Of a stretch of 64,000 nucleotides of DNA, positions 17,240-23,983 are shown one piece after another (position 1 is the stretch's first letter; each line of letters begins with the position of its first letter). Under the pieces are notes generated by a model. That model worked only from the letters and a program-made list of their open reading frames with translations. It was not told the origin of the DNA and did not search any database. This stretch comes from an uncultured Acidobacteriaceae bacterium (GTDB lineage Bacteria; Acidobacteriota; Terriglobia; Terriglobales; Acidobacteriaceae): NCBI GenBank assembly GCA_963722485.1, contig CAVRNL010000015.1, forward strand, positions 5,759-69,758, given 5' to 3'. The translations under genes and the position numbers were made by a program.

Positions 17240-18616
17240 ATGCGTCGGAATTCTACTATCGTGCTTCTCCCGTTGCTGCTCGCGCTCAGCGTGGCGTGCA
17301 CCAACAAGAAATCGGTGAATCCGCTGGCCAACGTCGGGTCGAAGCAGCCCGACAAGGTGCTGTTTGACCGGTCCATGGATGCCATGAAGCACAACCGCTT
17401 CGACGTGGCGCGAATGACGCTGCAGACGCTGATCAACACCTATCCTGATTCCGAGTTTATCGCGCGGGCTAAGCTGGCGGTGGCCGACTCATGGTACGCC
17501 GAGGGTGGTTCGACCGCGATGCAGCAGGCCGAGATCGAATACAAGGATTTCCGCACCTTCTTTCCCAATATGCCGGAGGCGGCCGAGGCGCAGTTGAAGG
17601 TAGCGAACATCCACTATCAGGAGATGGAAAAGCCCGACCGCGACTACACCCACGCCATGCGGGCAGAGGAGGAATACCGGGCGCTGATTCAGGAGTATCC
17701 CGACAGCAAGCTGCTGCCGCAGGCGAAGCAGCGCTTGCGGGAAGTTCAGGAGGTGCTGGCGGAACGAGAGTTCGGCATCGGCCGTTTCTATTATCTGCGC
17801 ATGGCGTATCCGGCGGCGATTGCGCGCTTGAGAACGCTGGTCGACCGCTATCCGTTGTATAGCGGCGCGGACCAGGCCTTGTATCTGATGGGGCAATCCT
17901 ACGAAGCCGAGATCGAAGTGGTGCGCAAGAACCCGCGCATGGGCGAAGTGGTCAAGGGCAAGATGATCGAGGACTTGACCAAGGACGCGGCCGACGCGTA
18001 CGGAAGGATCATCAAGCGTTATCCGGCGATGGATCGGGCGGTGGATGCCAAGGCGCGGCTGGAGGCACTGCATCAGACGGTGCCGCGGCCGACGCGGGCG
18101 ATGCTCGAACAGAACAAGAAGGAAGTGGCCAGCCGGCATGAAGCCAGCATGATGTCGAGCATGCTGGGCAACTTCGAGAAGCATCCCGACGTGGCCCGGG
18201 CCTCGCGCGTGGGCGAGCCGACGATGGTCGATCCGGAGCCGATGACGGCAACGGACGTGGTGAGAAAGATAAGCAATTCGGTGAGCGGTGGTGACAACAA
18301 GGTCACCGTGGAAACGACGAATGGCACGGTAACGCCGAACCAGGAGGCGCCGCGTTCGGATACCCCCGCAGCCGTGGCAGACCCGGCGTCGGCTGAGTTG
18401 AAGCCAACAGTGGCGGATCCGAATGAACTGAAGCCGAATGTCGAGGCCGATCCGAACGCACTTCCCCCGCTGCAACAGAGTAACCAACTGGATAACAACG
18501 GCGTGGCATCAGGTGCTCTCTCTTCGACTGCCTCGGCGAAATCCGAGGAGATGGCGGATATTTCTTCGACCAAGAAGAAAAAGAAAAAGGGTCTGGGGAA
18601 GCTAAACCCCTTCTAG
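17240..18616 (+). CDS. bamD: outer membrane protein assembly factor BamD-like lipoprotein with long low-complexity tail
   Basis: Lipobox LSVAC. TPR region with TYPDSEFIARAKLAVADSWY and QEYPDSKLLPQA. About 190 aa of tail ending KKKKKKGLGKLNPF. Confidence 0.75.
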   Translation: MRRNSTIVLLPLLLALSVACTNKKSVNPLANVGSKQPDKVLFDRSMDAMKHNRFDVARMTLQTLINTYPDSEFIARAKLAVADSWYAEGGSTAMQQAEIEYKDFRTFFPNMPEAAEAQLKVANIHYQEMEKPDRDYTHAMRAEEEYRALIQEYPDSKLLPQAKQRLREVQEVLAEREFGIGRFYYLRMAYPAAIARLRTLVDRYPLYSGADQALYLMGQSYEAEIEVVRKNPRMGEVVKGKMIEDLTKDAADAYGRIIKRYPAMDRAVDAKARLEALHQTVPRPTRAMLEQNKKEVASRHEASMMSSMLGNFEKHPDVARASRVGEPTMVDPEPMTATDVVRKISNSVSGGDNKVTVETTNGTVTPNQEAPRSDTPAAVADPASAELKPTVADPNELKPNVEADPNALPPLQQSNQLDNNGVASGALSSTASAKSEEMADISSTKKKKKKGLGKLNPF

Positions 18617-18618
18617 AG

Positions 18619-18746
18619 AGGGCAGAGGTTAGAGGTCAGATTGCAGAGGTTACAGGCCTGCGTTTAGGTGCCTCTTGGCTGCGCAATCGTGCATCGCTCG
18701 CTTTCCGCGCTTTTACCTCTGCAATCTGACCTCTGACCTCTGCCCT
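18619..18746. repeat. hairpin with tandem-heptamer arms, CAGAGGT family, copy 1
   Basis: The 32-nt arms AGGGCAGAGGTTAGAGGTCAGATTGCAGAGGT and ACCTCTGCAATCTGACCTCTGACCTCTGCCCT have 1 mismatch, with a 64-nt loop. The element starts 3 nt after the bamD stop. Confidence 0.85.
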
Positions 18747-18868
18747 TGTCCCTCCTCCCCAACAGGCTAGGAACGGAAGTAACCGGTTACCGCTGCGGGA
18801 ACCGTTGACTTCGACTGAGGGACGAGTTAGTTTCGCGTTATCTCTCCTTTTTTGTCGAAGGATGAAGC

Positions 18869-21442
18869 TTGTCGCGGAAAATACTTCTCGCCGATGATAG
18901 TGTGACGGCCCAGAACATGGGGCGAAAAATCCTGGCCGATGCCGGGTATGACGTCGTCACGGTCAATAACGGATCTGCCGCTCTGAAGCGGATCGCCGAA
19001 ATCAAACCGGACCTCATCGTGCTGGACGTGTACATGCCCGGCTACAGCGGGCTGGAAGTGTGCCAGCGCTTGAAGGATTCGGCCGAGACCGAACACATTC
19101 CCGTGCTGCTGACGGTGGGCAAGCTGGAACCGTTCAAGCCGGAAGAAGCGCGCCGGGTCAGGGCCGACGCTCACATCGTGAAGCCATTTGAAGCCAGCGA
19201 GTTGCTGACGGCGATCACGCGCCTCGAAGACCGCATGGTGCCGCAGCACGACGGCACGCGCTTCAGTGCTTCGGTTCCGGGCGTGGAACGGTTTGGCGGC
19301 GAAAGCAACACGGATCCCGATACCGGATGGAAGAGCCGGCTGCGCTTTCCGTCGAAGAAAAAGAAGGAAGAACCGGAAACGGAAGCAGAGGATGCCGCGG
19401 CCGGTGCGACCTTCCGGGATTTCCGCAAAGCAAAAGGCAAGACGGGCGCGAGCGGAGTGTTCGCGGTAAAGGCGCCAGCGCCGCCGGGACAGGAGCCGGG
19501 GCTGGTTCCGGATATTCCGCGCGACATCACGCCCGACGAGTTGGACGCACTCAGCGCCTTGGCCGCGAGGCTCGATGGACCGATTCCGGCTGCCGAGGAC
19601 ATTGCCCCGCTGGCGGAGAAAATGGGCCCCGCAGTTCCGGTGGCACACGCGGCGGCAAAGACGGAAGTAGCAAGAACTGAAGTAGCAAAGACTGAACCGG
19701 AAGTTCCCGCCGCGGCGGCGGAAACGAAAACAGAAGTTGCACCTTCGGCGCCGGCCGTTGAGCCCGCTGCCGCAGCCGTTGCCGCCCCGGCGTTAGCCGT
19801 CGAGGTCCCGGCATTAGCCGTCGAGGCCAAGAGCGAAGTCGAAATTCCGGTCGAGCACACGGAGCCGGCGAGCGAAGTTGCCGCGGCCGAGATGCATCGG
19901 CACGAAACTGAGCCCGAAACTCCGGCTGCGATCGTCGCCGTCGCGGTGAATCCTGCCCCCCTCGCGCAAGAGCCCGCCCCCGTGGACAGGAACGATGAGC
20001 CGATCTTTGCTTCGGCCGCAAGCGCGGTTGAGCAGGCCGCGGAAGACAAGGCCGAACGCGAAACCGAAGAGAAGATTGCAGCGAAACCCGCCGAAGCCAT
20101 CGCCAGCAATGAGGCGGCCGCGGCGAGCGCGCCCGTGGAAGCAGTCGCTGCGCAGGAAGAATCCAAGGGTGGAGAATCGAAGCCGGAAGCACCGAAAACT
20201 CAGGAGTTAAGGGCCGAGAATTTCCAGGCCGAGAATTCCGGGCCCCAAGACTTCGGGAGCGAAGATTTCCGGGCCGAAGACTTGCGGACCCAGGACTTGC
20301 CGGCGGAGCAGGCTGCGCTTCCGGTCCCGGTTGCGGAGAGCGTACCCGAGACGGCGGAGCCGGAAGAGCCGGCGCCGAGCGATGAGGAACTGGCTGAAGC
20401 ATTACGCTTGCTGACACCCTCTACCAGCCACGCGGATGTCTCGGTGGCTCCGTCACACGGAGCCTTGGTGGCGGCTGGCCAGTTGCTGGCGGAAGAAGCG
20501 GCACGCAATGCGGCGGCCGGTCCGCGATGGATGGCGGAGGCGGTGGGGTTGAGTCCGGAGGAAGAGGCGATTTCGCTGGAAGCGGAAATGTTCCGCACGT
20601 TCGCGGCGGAGCCTGCGGCGGCATCCACGGCAACGCCCAGCAGCGAAATCGAACTCACGCCGCTCACCGGAGTTTCAGCGATTGCGGCCGCGATCGAGGA
20701 CAGACTGGCAGCCGCGGAATTGGACGCCAGTGCGAAAGCTGGGCCGGAGCAACAAGAGGATGAACAAGGTTTGTCTGGCCAGCGTTCATCGGAGCATGCC
20801 TCAGACGCCACAGCCCCAGCACCGGTTATGGAAGCGCCCACGGAAGAGATGGCGGCGACTTCGAACACAGCGGCGCCGTCGGTGGACGCAATCGTGCCGG
20901 AGCAGATTGAATCAGCGCAGGTTGAACCAGCGCAGGTTGAACCGAAACAGGTTGAACCCGAGCCGATTGAACCGGAGAAGGTCGCGCAAGAAAAGCACGA
21001 GGCGGAGCAGAGAGATTCTCCGGCGGAAGTCGCGGAGCAAGCGCCGGTGGAAGAGGCTGCGGCAGCGACGTTCGCGGATGCGGTCGGTAAGGACGAGGTC
21101 GAAGCTGCGGCGGCAGAAGAGAATCAGGATTCGAGTTTAGACTCTAGGGGGCAGGAATCCATGGGCGACATGAAAGCGAAATCGGGAAAATCGAACTGGC
21201 ATCAGATCCACACGGCGTCGGCCGGCGCTGCCGCGAGCACTGACGTAGAAACGGCGAAACAGCAGGCCGAGCACGCGCCGGAGGCCCCTCCGAAGGCCAT
21301 GGCGGCAGCAGCGGCGGCACAGGGACCGGCCTCGGTGTCGGCCACCGACGCCAGCACCATAGCCAGCATCGTGGACAGCGTAATGGCCGATCTTCGCCCG
21401 AGGATCGTGGAAGAAATTGCGCGGAAGCTGGCGGGAAAGTAG
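18869..21442 (+). CDS. response regulator receiver protein with about 700-aa Ala/Glu/Pro-rich disordered region
   Basis: REC domain (ILLADDS, DLIVLDVYMPGYSG, KPF). The remainder is low complexity with pentapeptide repeats and a short conserved-looking C-terminal helix. Confidence 0.8.
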   Translation: MSRKILLADDSVTAQNMGRKILADAGYDVVTVNNGSAALKRIAEIKPDLIVLDVYMPGYSGLEVCQRLKDSAETEHIPVLLTVGKLEPFKPEEARRVRADAHIVKPFEASELLTAITRLEDRMVPQHDGTRFSASVPGVERFGGESNTDPDTGWKSRLRFPSKKKKEEPETEAEDAAAGATFRDFRKAKGKTGASGVFAVKAPAPPGQEPGLVPDIPRDITPDELDALSALAARLDGPIPAAEDIAPLAEKMGPAVPVAHAAAKTEVARTEVAKTEPEVPAAAAETKTEVAPSAPAVEPAAAAVAAPALAVEVPALAVEAKSEVEIPVEHTEPASEVAAAEMHRHETEPETPAAIVAVAVNPAPLAQEPAPVDRNDEPIFASAASAVEQAAEDKAERETEEKIAAKPAEAIASNEAAAASAPVEAVAAQEESKGGESKPEAPKTQELRAENFQAENSGPQDFGSEDFRAEDLRTQDLPAEQAALPVPVAESVPETAEPEEPAPSDEELAEALRLLTPSTSHADVSVAPSHGALVAAGQLLAEEAARNAAAGPRWMAEAVGLSPEEEAISLEAEMFRTFAAEPAAASTATPSSEIELTPLTGVSAIAAAIEDRLAAAELDASAKAGPEQQEDEQGLSGQRSSEHASDATAPAPVMEAPTEEMAATSNTAAPSVDAIVPEQIESAQVEPAQVEPKQVEPEPIEPEKVAQEKHEAEQRDSPAEVAEQAPVEEAAAATFADAVGKDEVEAAAAEENQDSSLDSRGQESMGDMKAKSGKSNWHQIHTASAGAAASTDVETAKQQAEHAPEAPPKAMAAAAAAQGPASVSATDASTIASIVDSVMADLRPRIVEEIARKLAGK

Positions 21443-21633
21443 AGCAGCTTCCAGCCATCAGCTTTCAGCTATCGAGTTATCCGCCCGCAATAGTCTGTAC
21501 GTGACGATGTTCCACGTGAAACATGGCACATGTACGTACATTCAGACGGCGGCGGGAGCAAGGCTTTGGCGCACAAAAAAGCGAAACTGCATGGGGCTGA
21601 TCCGGTGCTTCTTAGTCGAGCGTTGGCACCTGG

Positions 21634-22188
21634 TCACGCTGCTGGTGCTCGAAACGATATCTTTCCCCATCCTTCATTGACCCGCACTGGCGCAAGTTCG
21701 TCGAGAAGATAGAAACGATAACTACTCCAGCGCCAATCCTCAGGCGCCTCCGTGAGACCTCGCTTCACCGGATTACGGTGCATATACCGAAGTTTCTCCA
21801 CTCTCTTCTTCTCCGTCCAAACGTTGAAGTCATGGAAACGTGTCTGCCAGAAGGGTGCGCGGGTAGGATCATCCGCAAATAGCCTGCTCTGGCGCGGGTC
21901 GCATGCTTTTTTCTTCGGCAACAAGGCATGGGCCGTGCGCTGTTTCAATACTTGCATCACTGTCGAAGGAGTCCCGACCTCCGGTTCGCTCAGCAGCAAG
22001 TGGATATGTTCCGGCATCACGACATACCCCACCACTACGAAGCGGAAGCGTTTGCGGGTTTGTTCTAACACGGAGAGCAGACGGTCGCGGCTACGAGCGG
22101 AATGCAAAAGTGGCAGGCGGCGATAACAAGAGCACGTGATAAAGTGCAAGTGGTCGGCGCCGTAGAAGCGATGCAGACCGCGAGGCAT
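21634..22188 (-). CDS. REP-associated tyrosine transposase (RAYT, IS200/IS605 Y1 family-like)
   Basis: HUH motif in MPEHIHLL and catalytic Tyr region LRYMHRNPVKRGL. A REP hairpin lies about 30 nt upstream. Confidence 0.85.
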   Translation of the reverse strand: MPRGLHRFYGADHLHFITCSCYRRLPLLHSARSRDRLLSVLEQTRKRFRFVVVGYVVMPEHIHLLLSEPEVGTPSTVMQVLKQRTAHALLPKKKACDPRQSRLFADDPTRAPFWQTRFHDFNVWTEKKRVEKLRYMHRNPVKRGLTEAPEDWRWSSYRFYLLDELAPVRVNEGWGKISFRAPAA

Positions 22189-22218
22189 GACAGAGTTATG
22201 CTATCAGCAGCATCGCGG

Positions 22219-22251
22219 CCCACCCTTGCAAAAAACGCAAGGATGGGGCAC
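22219..22251 (-). repeat. REP, GTGCCCCA-head family, copy next to RAYT
   Basis: The minus strand reads GTGCCCCATCCTTGC-GTTTTTT-GCAAGGGTGGG. Confidence 0.8.
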
Positions 22252-22354
22252 CCACGTTTCTTTTTGGGAAAAAGGAACAGAGTACAGAGAAAGGTGGGCC
22301 ACCCGCCTCCGACGCTTACTCGGTGATCTATGTTGCACCGAATTGGTGGTGACT

Positions 22355-23002
22355 ATGAATTCATGGTATTGCATCGTTCTTCTGCAGCTCACGACGACAT
22401 TGGCGCTGGGCCAACTTGTTCCGCAAACCAAATCTGCCATGGTTGCCGGGGAGCCCGCAGCTATAGTGCGGAGCCTATATCGTGTGGTGGTAGCTCGCCA
22501 CCCGATCGGCCTCCCGTGGGGCGCGGACAGGAAAGCCCTCGCACCCTACCTGAGCAAAGACCTCATCCGCAAACTTGATGCAGCTCAAGCCTGCGGAGCG
22601 GACTACAGTCGGCACCATCCAGACCCAAACGAAAAACCACAAATCGAGTGGCTTGAGCTGGGGCTCTTCTCTGGTGCGAACGAGAACGCTTTGCCTGCCG
22701 CTTTCCACGTTGAAAACGTGTACCCAGAGAAGGATGGCTCCTTTCGCGTGCATTTGAGGCTCACATACAGGGATTCCTATGAAACATACGGACGACCACC
22801 AACTGAGGCGAACACGTTTCGCTGGTACGTTGATGTGATTGTGGTACGGGAAGACGGACACTTCGCTGTTGATAATGTCATCTATCTTAAGGACGAAGGC
22901 GATCCCCGAGATGTTGAACCGCCGCTATCGCAGGTGTTGACTATTGGCTGCGACGGTTCTCGGTGGGTTGGCTACGGCGATGAACGAAACGATTCCAAGT
23001 AA
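22355..23002 (+). CDS. exported hypothetical protein in low-GC cassette
   Basis: ATG 22355 gives signal peptide MNSWYCIVLLQLTTTLALGQ. The longer ORF start would read through the REP. Confidence 0.55.
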   Translation: MNSWYCIVLLQLTTTLALGQLVPQTKSAMVAGEPAAIVRSLYRVVVARHPIGLPWGADRKALAPYLSKDLIRKLDAAQACGADYSRHHPDPNEKPQIEWLELGLFSGANENALPAAFHVENVYPEKDGSFRVHLRLTYRDSYETYGRPPTEANTFRWYVDVIVVREDGHFAVDNVIYLKDEGDPRDVEPPLSQVLTIGCDGSRWVGYGDERNDSK

Positions 23003-23091
23003 GAAAGCGAAGCCGGGTACCCGGTGGAACATCCTAGGGCGCGGATGCTGGTCCCTCACCGCCCTGGAGCAGCATCGGACAGCGCCGACGC

Positions 23092-23406
23092 TTACTCTGT
23101 GATCAGTGGAATCTCGTCCGGGCAGATCGGCTTCTGCTCCAGTTCCTCGGCGAAGTCGAGCAGCACCTGCGCCAGATCGCCGGGCGAACGCAGCCGATCC
23201 GCGCGCGGTCCGTAGTACCACTTCCGGTATCGTTCCAGTTCCAGTTGCAGGCGCAGATTTTCAACGTGGAGATCGTCGGCCCGCTGGGTCTGCTCTTCGG
23301 CCCGCTGTTTCTCGCGGTCGCGCTCCAGCAACAGAGTACGCAGCAGCGCTTGCAGCGCGTCGCGGTCCTCGGGTAGGTTGGCCAGGTTAGGTTCCGCGGG
23401 GTGCAC
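23092..23406 (-). pseudogene. IS66-family transposase TnpC, N-terminal fragment only
   Basis: A leucine-zipper-like N-terminus with LELERYRKWYYGPRADRL, typical of IS66 TnpC. It stops after 104 aa, and the catalytic body is absent. Confidence 0.6.
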
Positions 23407-23441
23407 TTACTATTAGATGTAAGTACAGCGCCGTAGTTATC

Positions 23442-23690
23442 TCAGGCACTCACTTTTTCTTGGTTATCTGGATTGGTTCTCGCTGCGCGTTGGTAGCGCG
23501 GCACACGCTTCAACTTCGAGACATCGATCCCATCCAGGATCATCGCCAACTCGCTCGCGCGCAACTCCACCGACCGCGTCCCCTCGTCCAACCGCCGGAC
23601 AGCCGACGCTGGAGTGGATCTGTTTTTACGCGGCAGGCGATTCGGATTTTCATCTTTGACTGACTTCGCAATGCCCTCCCGTACACTCAC
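23442..23690 (-). pseudogene. possible IS66 TnpB (Orf2) C-terminal fragment
   Basis: ELAMILDGIDVSKLKRVPRYQ resembles the TnpB C-terminus (LLEGIDW-type). Its position just upstream of the tnpC fragment fits IS66 gene order. Confidence 0.4.
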
Positions 23691-23853
23691 GATCTTGAAA
23701 CAGGCGTTGGCGACTGTCTACATTCCCAGTCTACCTCTGCTTGCCTGATAGCTCTTTCTCACCGCGCCCCGCTCGACCCGACCCCAGCCTAGCCTTAGCC
23801 TTCGGTTGGGGGTGTAGCAAAATCCCCTCAGTGCGTATAACCCCGCCCTGCGT

Positions 23854-23883
23854 TTGACCCTTCTTTTCTTGCGCCTGTAAGAT
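23854..23883 (+). promoter_or_regulatory. candidate promoter for valS
   Basis: TTGACC, an 18-nt spacer, then TAAGAT, about 100 nt upstream of valS. Pattern match only. Confidence 0.3.
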
Positions 23884-23983
23884 CAAAGATTCCCTCCTTC
23901 TGCCGGAGATCTGCCGAGCTTCGCTCAGCCTGGACGGCCGGGGGCGGCCGTCCCTACGCAAGTGCTGGAGCTTCACACACAAT

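Noticed and set aside
22102-22326. ORFs reading through REPs and palindromes (22102-22326, 22204-22440, 30073-30777, 36521-36808, 57770-58027)
   Set aside because: Their peptides (AKNARMGHP, VPHPCVFCKGG, SFASLRMT, LAPKKRARTWG) are translations of the palindromic repeats, not genes.
21443-23950. Prophage or integrative island
   Set aside because: There is no integrase, no phage structural or replication genes, and no tRNA boundary. Only a RAYT, one cassette gene and IS66 debris are present.
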